IMG/VR virus record: IMGVR_UViG_3300025112_006453
Coordinates: 1-55,561 of that record
Reading direction: 5' to 3' (one strand)
DNA: 55,561 nucleotides
DNA from: a virus
Lineage: Duplodnaviria; Caudoviricetes
Part shown: positions 27,844 through 40,200 of the stretch, piece by piece
Layout of the letters: each line of letters starts with the position of its first letter
Position numbering within the stretch: position 1 is the stretch's first letter
Notes under the pieces: model-generated
Databases searched by the model: none
Seen by the model: only the letters and a program-made list of their open reading frames with translations
Told to the model about the DNA's origin: nothing
Position numbers and translations under genes: made by a program

Positions 27844-29661
27844 ATGGCGCAAAAAACAGCAACTAATAGTATAAAAAAGCTGAAAATTATTGATTATTCT
27901 GGCCGAGACTTTGACTCGATTAGACAAAATTTGCTGGATTACGTAAAAAGATACTACGCAGATTCATATAAAGATTTTAATACGGCGGGCTTCGGTTCGC
28001 TTATGCTGGATACGGTATCGTATATTGGAGACGTATTATCTTTCTACTTGGATTATCAAGTAAATGAAACCTTTTTAGATACTGCCACTGAATATGATAA
28101 CGTAGTAAAAATTGCGCGACAGCTCGGATATAAGTATAATACTGCGTTTTCTTCAATGGGTGAAGCGCAATTTTATGTTTCCATTCCCGCAGACTCCCTT
28201 GGAGGCCCAGATGAGAGGTATATTCCTCTTTTACGTGCCGGCTCAACATTCACGGCTTCAGGGGGTCAATTATTTACGTTGTTCGAAGATGTTAATTTTG
28301 CTGCCACTACAAATCAAATAATTGTCAATCAAATTAATGCCGCAACAGGAGCCCCCACACATTATGCCATAAAAGCCGTGGGAAGAGTTATCTCAGGCCG
28401 CACCGAGCGCCAGGTCGTGTCTGTTGGGGGTTTTTTGAAGTTTAGAAAAGTACGACTGGATAATCCGAGGCCAACAGCAGTACTTAATGTTGTAGATTCT
28501 GAGGGCCACCGTTATTATGAAGTTGAACATTTGTCGCAGGAAATTGTTTTTAAATCTATTAAAAATACCAATGCTGATAAAGATTCCGTACCTTCAATTA
28601 TAAAAGCTATTCCTGTTACCAGAAGGTTTACGGTTGAAAAGACTATCGGCGAGGCGTATTTACAGTTTGGATATGGTTCCGAGCTCGAACTAACAAACGA
28701 ATCGGTGGCTGACCCTAGTAAAATTATATTGAATAGACACGGAAGAGATTATATAACACAAAAGGATTTTGATCCGACAAATATTACGGACACCGATAAA
28801 TTTGGGGTTGGGCCATCGAACACTAACCTTACTATAACGTATAGGGTTAATGACTCCTCAGATGTCAACATAGGAACAGGCGCCTTAAATAAAATATCAG
28901 TTCCATTATTAAAGTTTACCAATAGACAAGTTCTAAATCAAGACGTCGTCAGTTCGGTAAGGAGATCTTTAGAAGTTTCTAATGAGAATCCAATTGTTGG
29001 AGACGTTAGTATCCCCACAGCTACAGAAATTAAACAACGAGTATATAGCTTTTATGCGGCCCAAAACCGAGCCGTAACAATTGAAGACTATAAAGCACTT
29101 GTATACGGGATGCCTTCGAGTTTTGGCGCCGTAAAACGATGCTCGTTTGAGAGAGATTTTGATTCATTCAAAAGAAATCTTAATATGTATGTTATTACTG
29201 CTAATGCGCGCGGCTATTTGATTCCTACAACTCGAACAATTAAAGAAAATCTAAAGGTATGGCTATCCAATTATAAAATGATTAATGATACCATAGATGT
29301 ATTGGATGCAAAAGTAGTCAATTTTGGTATAAACTTTACTGTTGTTGCTGATTCTGAGGTGAATCGTTTCGAAGTTGTGGCTTTGGCTACCCAGCGATTA
29401 AAGAATTTTTATTTAGGAAGACAATTTGATATTGGAGAGGCTCTTTCAGTTGGTGACATTTATAAAACACTACAAAGAACGCCCGGGGTAATCGATGTAT
29501 TGGATGTAAAATTATTACAAAAACAAGGCGGTAATTATTCACGAACTAGTTTTGATTTTGATGCAAATTTATCCAACGATGGGCGTCAACTAAACGCAGA
29601 GACTAATAGTATATTTGAACTTAAGTATCCATCTTCTGATGTGGTGGGGAGCGTTACATAA
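27844..29661 (+). CDS. Baseplate wedge protein, T4 gp6/P2 gpJ-like
   Basis: DFDSIRQNL, ETFLDTA, ARQLGY, LQFGYG and AQNRAVTIEDY. Confidence 0.9.
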   Translation: MAQKTATNSIKKLKIIDYSGRDFDSIRQNLLDYVKRYYADSYKDFNTAGFGSLMLDTVSYIGDVLSFYLDYQVNETFLDTATEYDNVVKIARQLGYKYNTAFSSMGEAQFYVSIPADSLGGPDERYIPLLRAGSTFTASGGQLFTLFEDVNFAATTNQIIVNQINAATGAPTHYAIKAVGRVISGRTERQVVSVGGFLKFRKVRLDNPRPTAVLNVVDSEGHRYYEVEHLSQEIVFKSIKNTNADKDSVPSIIKAIPVTRRFTVEKTIGEAYLQFGYGSELELTNESVADPSKIILNRHGRDYITQKDFDPTNITDTDKFGVGPSNTNLTITYRVNDSSDVNIGTGALNKISVPLLKFTNRQVLNQDVVSSVRRSLEVSNENPIVGDVSIPTATEIKQRVYSFYAAQNRAVTIEDYKALVYGMPSSFGAVKRCSFERDFDSFKRNLNMYVITANARGYLIPTTRTIKENLKVWLSNYKMINDTIDVLDAKVVNFGINFTVVADSEVNRFEVVALATQRLKNFYLGRQFDIGEALSVGDIYKTLQRTPGVIDVLDVKLLQKQGGNYSRTSFDFDANLSNDGRQLNAETNSIFELKYPSSDVVGSVT

Positions 29662-31196
29662 TGGCAATTAAGAGATATGGCGCCACTAAAGATAATATAA
29701 TTACGAATGGTTATGATTATACTCTTTCGACTAGAGGTACCGGGTCCAATATGGGCTATGCAGACTCTCTGGAGGTTTACTCTATATATGGCCAGACTTC
29801 TTCATCGACTAATGGTCGTAGTCAAGAGCTAGCGCGGACTTTAGTAGAATTCCCCATTAGTAGCATATCAACCGACAGGGACGCCGGGACCCTCCCGGCA
29901 TCTGGGAGTGTTTCCTTTTACCTTAAATTATTTAATGTCGCGACTGCGTTCACGTTACCACAGGATTTTACGCTCACCGTGCATGCAGTTTCTCGCTCTT
30001 GGGTGGAAGGAACCGGCCTAGACATGGACGAGTATACTGACCTGGGAAACTCTAATTGGATTAACGCGAGCGCTAGCAACGCGTGGTCCAAAGTAGGAGG
30101 AGACTATCATACTGCCTCTGGCGACCCCCACTATACTGCTAGCTTCTCGTTGGGCTATGAGGATCTAGAGGTCGATGTTACCCCGATGGTAGAACAGTGG
30201 ATAGATGGCACGAGGACCAACAACGGCTTTGGGATAAGACTAACAGGAAGCGAAGAGGCTCTCTATTCAAGTTCAACGGGGCTAGATAATGGCAGCCTTA
30301 TCCATAACCCCGGCGGATCCGAGGACACCTATTATACCAAGAGATTCTCTGCTCGCTCTTCCCAATATTTCTTTAAGCGACCCACTCTAGAGGCCCGCTG
30401 GGATTCTCGGATTATTGATGATCGCGGAGATTTTTACTATTCTAGTTCGCTAGCTCCCGCCGCAGATAATCTTAATACTTTATACTATTATAATTATATC
30501 CGCGGCCGCTTGGTAAATATTCCCGCCATCGGTACGGGCGAAATCCTTCTCTCAATATATTCGGGTTCTTCGAATAACTCTTCCCCGACGGGTGCAAAGG
30601 TTTGGCTACCCACCGGTGGTGGCGTAGCTGCCGATCTTGATGTTAATGTTACTGGAGGGTATGTTAGTACGGGCATTTATTCTGCTTCATTTGCTGTAAC
30701 TGCGGCCGCTACTCCACTAACGGCCATGTTCGATGTTTGGCACAGCGAAAATGTGGAGTATTTTACGGGCTCGCTCTATCCCACAAAATTTCCAACCTAT
30801 AATAACGCACCAACTTTTGAGAGAGTTACTTCAATTAAAAATTTGAAAAAGAAGTATTCCAGATCGGAGACTGCACGTTTTAGATTATTTATAAGAGACA
30901 AGAACTGGTCTCCTACAATATATGTTAAAGCTACAGCGAATAATCCAACGGAGGTTTTAGACAGCGCTTCTTATTCTATTGTACGTACTACTGATGGTTA
31001 TGGCGCTGTACCCTATGGGACAGGGTCAGATTATAGTACTTATTTGTCGCACGATGTAAGTGGCAACTATTTTGATTTTGATATGTCGATGTTAGAAGAT
31101 GGGTATATGTACGAAATTAAACTTTCCTATTATAATGATTCAATTTCTACCTGGGTCGAACAACCTTCTACCTTCAAATTTAGAGTTGAAGAATAA
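29661..31196 (+). CDS. Virion structural protein (DNRLRE-like beta-sandwich plus Ig-like C-terminus)
   Basis: RTLVEF, SWVEGTG, W..GGD, DVTPMVEQW...NNGF and PTLEARWD pattern. TAATG overlap with gp6. Confidence 0.6.
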   Translation: MAIKRYGATKDNIITNGYDYTLSTRGTGSNMGYADSLEVYSIYGQTSSSTNGRSQELARTLVEFPISSISTDRDAGTLPASGSVSFYLKLFNVATAFTLPQDFTLTVHAVSRSWVEGTGLDMDEYTDLGNSNWINASASNAWSKVGGDYHTASGDPHYTASFSLGYEDLEVDVTPMVEQWIDGTRTNNGFGIRLTGSEEALYSSSTGLDNGSLIHNPGGSEDTYYTKRFSARSSQYFFKRPTLEARWDSRIIDDRGDFYYSSSLAPAADNLNTLYYYNYIRGRLVNIPAIGTGEILLSIYSGSSNNSSPTGAKVWLPTGGGVAADLDVNVTGGYVSTGIYSASFAVTAAATPLTAMFDVWHSENVEYFTGSLYPTKFPTYNNAPTFERVTSIKNLKKKYSRSETARFRLFIRDKNWSPTIYVKATANNPTEVLDSASYSIVRTTDGYGAVPYGTGSDYSTYLSHDVSGNYFDFDMSMLEDGYMYEIKLSYYNDSISTWVEQPSTFKFRVEE

Positions 31197-31206
31197 TTAG
31201 TAAGAC

Positions 31207-34200
31207 ATGAGTTTAAAGGGCTTATTCCAGGACGTTACTGTAACGAAGACGGTAGCCGACAAAAGCGCAGAACAGATCGGCGGAGTGGTTGAGTCTGCTC
31301 GGTATCATCTAGCCGATATTGTTGATGAGAAAAGATTTATCCCAAGGATAGATTATTCGGAGCCCAAGAACTTTGCAAAGTATGGATCTGCTGAAAAATA
31401 TTATGAGGATTCTTTTTCTTATATCTATTCGTCTTATCCTTATGACGGCTCTCTATATGAGCAAATAGAGTGGAAAAACAGTGGCTCCTATTTAGACATT
31501 TATCTCTTTGAAGATAAATATCCCCGAACACATGGTTATATAAACTTTTCATATGGGGGCTGGGGTACCCACGGAACTGCTCCCGCGTGGCCAGATAATG
31601 CGGGCTACGGGAAGCCCCAAACCTCAGATCTAGAACATATTTCCATTGAAGGCGGTCCGGGGTTAGGCGGCGGCCCCCATAACCAGGGCGCGAATATATG
31701 GGATCCTGCAGAAAAAAGAAAATCAAATCTAGAACTTGATCTGTCTAATGGTGTTACTGTAGAATTCTGGCTTAAAAAAGAGGCCTACAACAATACCGAC
31801 ACAGAAAAAGAAGTAATTTTTGATTTATGGAATAATGAACTTTCAAGTTCCGCAGATTATGGGCGCCTTAGGATAGAGTTAACCGGTGCTGCGCGATCTC
31901 GGGGGACATGGCTCGCGACAGTCATGTCGGGGACGACAGGATTCCAATGGCAAACAATTGGCACCACCCCAACTGGGACCGTCGCAGATGGTAAATGGCA
32001 TCATTATGCTTTTAGTTTTCTGTCTGCATCTGATGGGGTTGATACAAAATATTATATTGACGGCGACCTAGAAACCAATACCACATTAGGCTCAACTGGA
32101 ATAGACTCCATCGGCGGCGATATGTTGGCCTATATAGGAGCCCTGCGAACGTCTGTTTCTGGTAATACTTATTTTGGCCTTGATATGACGGGCTCTGGAA
32201 AGCTGTCAGCCTCTTTGGATGAGTTCAGATATTGGAAAATTCAGAGAAGCTCTAAAGATATTGGAAGATACTGGTTTACCCAGGTTGGGGGCGGCACGAA
32301 CACTGATGTTGCAAATACAGATTTGGGGGTTTACTATAAATTTAATGAAGGGATTACCGGTAAAACTTCTACAGATTCTGTTGTTTTAGATTATTCTGGT
32401 CGTGTTTCTAATGGTGCCTGGGAGGGCTACGCCTCCGGCGCCCGAAGTACGGGGTCGGCTATTATAGAGTCTAGTGCCTCCGCAATCGAGTTCAAAGATC
32501 CAATTATTTACAGTTTTCACCCGGATGTGCAGGCAGAGCTAGAGTCACTTAAGCTTTCGGGGTCTGCTCACGATTTTCAAAATCCATCTAGAATGTTGGG
32601 GTTCTTTCCATCCTGGATCCAGGAATCGGATATCGAAAATGGCGGAGAGCTAACAAGACTAACACAGGTTCTGTCCAGCTATTTTGATACTTTATATCTT
32701 CAAATTGAAAGTATGAGCAATTTGCAGGATATTCAATATGTTAGTGGTTCGACTAAACCTAACACGATTGCAAACCGTCTTTTGGAACACCGAGGCCTCC
32801 TGGCCCCGGAACTATTTTTAGATGCAGACATTCTGGAAAAGCTAGCCGATCGAAGCGAAGATAAGCTATATGAAGAATCATTGACTGATATTAAAAACTC
32901 CATATATCAAAATATTTACAATAATTTAGTAAATATATTTAAGTCGAAGGGGACTCGAAAGTCTTTTCGTAATTTACTTCGTTGTTTTGGCGTAGATGAC
33001 GAAATTTATAAATTTAATGTTTATGGAAATAATGTTGAGTTTCAAGTTCGGAATAATCGAGAACTAAATTCGGTAAAGAAAAGGTTTATTGATTTTAATA
33101 ACACGGAGCGCTTCGCTTCGACTGTATTTCAACAGACATCAAGTCTTAATTCAAACACAGTTTCCTACATTTCTGGCTCTAGTGCTCTTACTGGCGGCTA
33201 TGCCACAACATTAGAAACATACGTATTCTTCCCGGAAAAGCCAAAAGTTTACGATGAAGGATATTCGGACTCACAATATAAAGCGCTCTCTTCTTCGTTA
33301 TTTGGGCAACACACAACGATACCTTTTCAGGATTCCGATCCCACAAACTTAACATGGAATACACTAGACACTGCGAATTTCCAAGTATATGCTGTCCGTG
33401 ACGAATTGTTTTCAAAGGATGTTAAATTTGTATTAACAACGAGTTTGGGGAGTTCGTTCCCAACTTTGTCATCATCGTATTTTGCTGATACCTATGAAAA
33501 CACCAATTGGGTGCTGGGCGTTACAGTTAAGCCTCAGAAATACCCACTTGAACCGACTCTTTCAACCGACGTGTCCGCTTCGGGGGAGTATGTCGTAGAG
33601 TTTAAGGGTTCGAATGTTGATGCTGGGGCGGTCCTTGGTACTTTTTTGGTAACTGGTACAATCGACCCGGCCCAGGTTGGATATAGCTTCTTAACTGAGT
33701 CAAGGCGTGTTTATGTCGGCGCGCACCGAACAAACTTTACAGGAAGCGCCCTTACTAAAACAGATGTAAGAATTGGCTTCTGTAGGTATTGGATGGATGA
33801 TATCACGTTAGAAGGTATTTCGACGCATGCCATGGATATTCAAAATTATGGTACAAAATATCCGTCGATGAGCCCCTACCTTTTCCAAGATGTCCGAACT
33901 TCGAATATTGAGTTCAAGAGCAACGATACTCTCGCATTAAATTGGGACTTTGAAATAGTAAGTTCCTCTAATGCTGCTGGCCAATTTGTAGTGGACGATT
34001 TTTCATCGGGATCGACCACCATTCAAGCAACAAGGTATGGCCCATTAGGAAACCTCTTGGGAGCCCAGCACTCAGCCTTAGGTTTTGCTTTCCCCACTAG
34101 TTCGACAGATGTTATCGACGCCGACTATGTGTTAGCCGCCGAGCTTCAAAGTTTTGAGCACATTAGTTCAACCGATATGATTTCAATAGTGGGTGCTCAA

Positions 34201-37200
34201 GATGATGTTCAGTTTACGCGTGAGTCCAGACCAATTAACTTTAAGTTTTCAATAGAAAAGAGCATGTATCAGAATATTTCTGAAAATATGGTAAGGATGT
34301 TCTCGGTTATTAATGATTTTAACAATATTGTTGGTGATCCTGTTAACAAATATAGAGATAGCTATAAAAACTTAAGAATTTTAAGAAATAAGTTTTTCGA
34401 GTCAGTCCGGAACACCCCAGATTTAGATAAGTATATAGAATTCTATAAGTGGTTTGATTCGTCACTGAGCGCGTTACTACAGCAGCTTATGCCAGCAACT
34501 GCTGACTTTTCTAAAAACATAAAGACAATGGTGGAAAGCCATATGTTAGAAAGAAATAAATATCAGCACAGATTCCCAACCATTGATCTTTATCCGGCTG
34601 TTTTTGAGGGGGTAATAACCTCTCCCCTCCCGCTTAGTCCCGGCTGGCAGTTTACCCATCATCCAATAAATAATCAGGAAAACACCAATGCAAACTGGTG
34701 GAAGACAATGGCGCCACGCGACAAAGGAAGGCTTGCCACCGGCGAGGCGGATCTTGATGCAACCAGGCAGAAAACTTTTGATAATACGACGTCTAAAGAT
34801 CGCAAGGATAAAAAAAGCAATATATTTCGGTTTAACGTTCGAGCCCCCGCCTCCCCCTCCGGCCCGGCACAAAATTTGGTTATTGTGCAGCCTGCCGGTA
34901 CTAATTTCCACCCCTCTAAGTTAGTAAATTACGTTTTCGAAGCAACACAGCCCTATGGTCCCACCCTCGTTGCTAGTAATATTCCACGTAATATAATTTT
35001 AGGATTTTCTGGAGGGGTGGAGAAACTGCCAGATATCGTCGACGATATTAATCCAGGCGCCAAAAAGCGTTTGGGATTTGCGTTAGACCCGACAATTAAC
35101 AAGAAAGATTTGGTCGACCCGGCGCAATATAATGGAAATGTGATAGCTCCATTTAGTTTGTATAGTTCGTCCGTGAACACCGGCTATAATAAAAAAGTTC
35201 AGAATTTTTATGCGTCCGGTACTATGGTTACCAACTTACACGAAGATATAGTACACACCAATGCAACAAGACCTCTTCAGGGGCCTTTTACAGAAAGGTT
35301 TGTTGGGGGCCGTAACTATCGACACGTACCTTTAAATCGTTATGATGAAAGCCGAACAACGCCGAGCTTCTTAGACTATCGAACTACTCGTCCAGAAGGA
35401 TTCAGAATTGACTTTGGAGCATGGAATTTTTCTGGTGCTTTGGGTATTGTGCCTCCCAATTATCCATTCCTTGATTCCCCCCCCGGCTCCGCGCCGAAAG
35501 GATTTTTAAAGGATTTGCCGATTGCAAATCGACTACGCAACGTTGGAACAAAACGTCCGGTTAACATAGGCAACATTTTAATGACAACGGCTTCTGCGGA
35601 TGTAAGGGTACCCGGTACCCTGGCCCACGGCCCGATAGGTAATTATACTAAAAATTATCAAGTCGTCCAAACTGCTGGCCGCACTATTAATGATCCTTAT
35701 TTCCAACGACAGTCCTTTGATTTTGCATCGTATCCACAGAGCCCATACCCTCGGCTGCCGATTGTAGATCGCCATGCACTGCAGGACATTAGAGTTAGGA
35801 ACACCAAGGCCACGTATCTCACTTCGAGCGCTTGCTATGACTTCGATGCGGATCTCGTGCCCGAGATGGACACAAATAGCGCCGAAACGTGGATTTTTTG
35901 GATGAATTGCACACAGACCGGCTCCCTGAATTTTGTTTTTGCGGATGAAGGAGCAGACGAACGTTATATCCTTCTGAGCAACACCCAGCTTTTGGCTTTT
36001 AGAGCTTTCTGGACGGACGGCGGATCAGTCGCCGTACAGTGGAATACAGATGCAGCAGTAACTACGGGTAATGAGTGGGTTCATGTTGCTATAACATATG
36101 ATGGCACATCTACCGCGAATAATCCCGTATTCTACGTTAACGGAGAAGAAGTTGCCTCGTCCCTTATCGGCTCCCCCCCCGTCGGCACGTTAGATCCTTA
36201 TGAGGGTGTTGTAAATATTGGGTTTCATAATGGAAACGGATTTAAAGGGTATATGTCTGATATAGCTTTCTATAATACCAATTTAACTGGTGAAGAGATT
36301 GCGGCAATTTATGGCAACTCAACGTTAGATCTGATTAATTATGGCCCACCCCGAGTTGCTAACAACCTCATAATGTGGTGGAGAATGGGCGACGGCCCGG
36401 GCGATACGGTTAGCACCATCATCGACCAGGTGGGCAATGCAAATCTAGATTCCGTCAATTCTCCAACTATTAATGATATCTCTCCAGGCGTCTGCCTGGT
36501 TACTGCCAACGACAATAACTTCGCTCTTCCAAATCGCGACGGAGCTAACTCAAACCAGACCGTATTTGTTAATAGGTTCTCGGCTCCAGGTTCCTACGAA
36601 GCTTCCTCGCGCGGCTATTTAGATCCAGCACACGAAGAGAAGTCGGTCTACAACGTTCTTCCATATCGCAACCTTGGAGTGCTGAACTATGGACTATCGG
36701 GCTCTGCTTCTGCAGATCCCACGGTAGTTAATTCAATTGTTGTGGTCGACCAAATTGGCAAGAATCGCGGCCTTCGTCAACGCCTGAGCCTGCACTGCGG
36801 CCCATACGGCTCAGACGCCGCGTACGGCTCTGTACCGGCCGACACGTATGTAACGGTACCCTCCTATCATAAAGTCTATAGAAACCGCAAGAGACAGATT
36901 GTAGAGGGCAACTCGTATGTCACCGCGTCGGTATATGACAACTGGTATGTCCGCCATCCCATTCCGCGCTCTGCGCGACAGTATTCATGGATAACGGCAT
37001 CCTTGGACGAAGCTTCGGCAAACGCCAGTGCGCTGCTCTTTGGGTATTCAACGTTGAGTGGTGGAGTATTTGTTGAAAGTTTGCCCACGGTTACTGCAAG
37101 TGACTGGGTGACCGTGACGGCCTATCCAGCGTGTCAGCACCCGGAACTGAGATTTTTTGGTACTGATAAAACCTCTCAATCACCACTATCTTTGGCTACA

Positions 37201-40200
37201 TACCCGCGACCCCTATTCACGGATTTCGTTGGACTTAATTCCAATATTTATGAGCCCATCACATCTAGCACAAATACACTTGGCTATCCTCGTATGGAGG
37301 TCAGCCTCCAATATAACTCTTGCGCGACGGCAAACCTTTATAGGGTAAATTATTATGGAGGCCTGATCAGCGGTTATCCAGGGAGCGCGCCTGATGATGG
37401 ACGATATGTGGCCCCGACGCTTAATGCCATCTTACTTCACCGACAAGGGCCCTACGGCTGGCCCAGTTGGAAACAGATTAAGACTGGTGATCATCCAGTA
37501 AGAAGACACCAGAACGCCCGCAGCACCATTTCTGTGAGAACTAAAACTGCTTATGATGAGAACGTCTATGCCAAGAAAGGCAACGCAATAACGCAGTTTA
37601 TAGAGCCGGCCGCTTATTCTGAAGAAATGCCGATGGTTCATACCATGAGGGTAACCCCAAGCGATGGTGGCCCCGCCTTCGACGCAACTTTAAAAAGCTC
37701 TTTTGGAAACAAGATTGTCAATTATGCCACTTATGAGCTAGACAATCTTCTTGAAACTAACAAAGATTATGATTCATCTGATTTGTATTTTAACCGAATC
37801 AACTCAATGATTTTTGAAGGAACCAATAACGACCCGGCCTTTGAGGGCATGCTATCAAACATCGGGGCGGTATATGCTCAGCGTGTGTATCCGGCGGCTT
37901 ATAATTCCTTCTTAAAGAGAACAAATGCTCGCGGAAACTATTCAATCTCGGCCATATGGGACGATTCCCGCGCAAATCGCAACTCAGGCCCCTCCGGTTT
38001 TAACAACTCACAGGGAAGGCCAACTCCTTCGGCAAGTGTATGGCCGCTTGATGGGCATTCTAATTACAGCTCAACGGCCAGTCTCGCTGGCTATGATGGT
38101 TCTGGCGAACTCCAAAATAATTATTTTAAATATGCATCAGGCAGCGTTTCCCTCGGGCGCGCCTTTACTTCGGCATCCGTGATATATGCAGCACGACTAC
38201 CCCTAGGTCTCAACCCGGCCACCGACGGCGCCGTTTTTGGTGGCGATCAATATTATGAAGTTGCCTCGATGGCCGGAAAAGACCCCTACATGACCTATGA
38301 AGAATATTCCCATAAGATGAGGCTTATAGGCAGAGACTATTCTATAGTTCCTGAATTTAGAATCAGCGAACACATGGACAGATATATTGACGACGATAGT
38401 TCCGAGTTTACGACACTTACGGACATTGCAGACCTGTTAGATCTTACAGGCTCCCTATATGATAATTCCGGAGAAGAAGGTTTCTTCCAGGACTATGCAA
38501 ATTCAGATTTCATGAAGTTCTTTAAGATTGTAAATTCGGAATATGATGGCGCCCAATTAGTCGATGGGTCAAAGATGAAGCAATCCAAGATTGGTCTCCG
38601 ATGCTTTGCTCTTCTCAAGTTTTTGCCGTATAAAGGGTTCTATCCTGCTGAGCGCACACTTGAATTAGCAAGCCTTTTCTCGCAATCCTATGGCTCTTAT
38701 ATGAACCCGTATACATGGGATTGGACCACCCCGAGAGATATATTGGTGCCTTATCCGCGGTCATATCGAGCCATGGTTGAGCCCCTCTTCGGACCGGGCA
38801 TCCTATTTAATACGATAAAATCTGGAATTGCAGTAAGCAACGTAATGCTGCTCAATACAGCTTCCACAAGCCCGGGCGATATCATGAAGAATGACGAATT
38901 GGTCTGCCGCGATATCGAAGCTAATGCTCTTGTAGCCCCCGAAGGCAATATATATTATCCAAACTTGCTCGGCCGCGCATGGCATGCCGAGGATGAAGTC
39001 GACGTTAATGAAAAGGGCTATTATATGGAACAGCTTCCTTTTGAAGCGTTGTATAAGCCCCGCGCTTACCTTACTAAAAAATACATATACGATATTGCAG
39101 TTCACCCATCGGCGTCCCTGTACGTAAAAGACTATTATAGAGGCGCCCATGTATATTGGCCCGGAGAAGGTTCACAGTTATATGAGCTAGCAATTGATAA
39201 TTTTATGTGCGAAACTGTGGACTTTTTTCAACAAGGACTGACAACACTTACGTCAAAAACAGAAAACTATTTTGGTGAAGTTCAGTCCGGTTCGGCATAT
39301 ACAATGACTTTGAAAATGATTCGACCAATGCTGGTTTCATCTTCTATTGGTCCCGACGGAAGATGGCACGGAACCACTGTTAATACTTATACAAGTGGTT
39401 GTCAACTTATAGATCATTCAAAATTTGATATGTATAGAAGAATCTCGGCTTTTGGTCAGCCCCTTGCTGGAGTTAGGTCGCCCGGCGGTGGGCCGCCGGT
39501 CTGTGGTAACTCCGCACTCCGCATTACCGCATCTTTTAGCCATCTTACTCCTTCTTATTTCATGGGCTCGGGCTCTGCCACTTTTACATTTGCGGCTCCC
39601 TATACGGGCCGGCCCACTTTAGGCGAGATATTGGCGAACACAACCATAACCTTTGACCGGATGGAATTGAGTGTTCTCTCTAGTGGCGTATCCTCATTAC
39701 CAGTGCATCTAAGTAATTCCTTTAATCTTATGGATATAGCTTCAAACGTTGTCCCCGGTACCACCACCGAGACCCAACAATGGGTAATTCAATCTAAGTT
39801 TGAGACGCCCGTGATTAACTTGGCCGGAGTAACAGCGTCGGTGCGCGCACCGACGACCAAGAATCCTGCTTTTGTTACGGACAACATCACACCAGCAAAT
39901 CTGTTGACTGGCTCTGGGCTTTGGCACCAATATGGTAGTATCCCCAAACCATCTGAAACTGTATATACTTATATTGAAGAGCCGCTGCGCAATTCTTTGG
40001 CTGATATCGTTGGTATGCCGGCAGGCGTACCTTATCCTCTCGGGGATATTAAGAGAAGTAAACAAATTTTTGAAGCGGTTGTGGCCGTTCCATTCCTCCT
40101 TGGAAAGGATGGAAGAAGAAAGTTCTATAAATTAAGTGCTCCTCCACTCGGCCGCGGCCCGTCATCTACAATTTTGGCTACGATTAGCAAACTCGCAGCA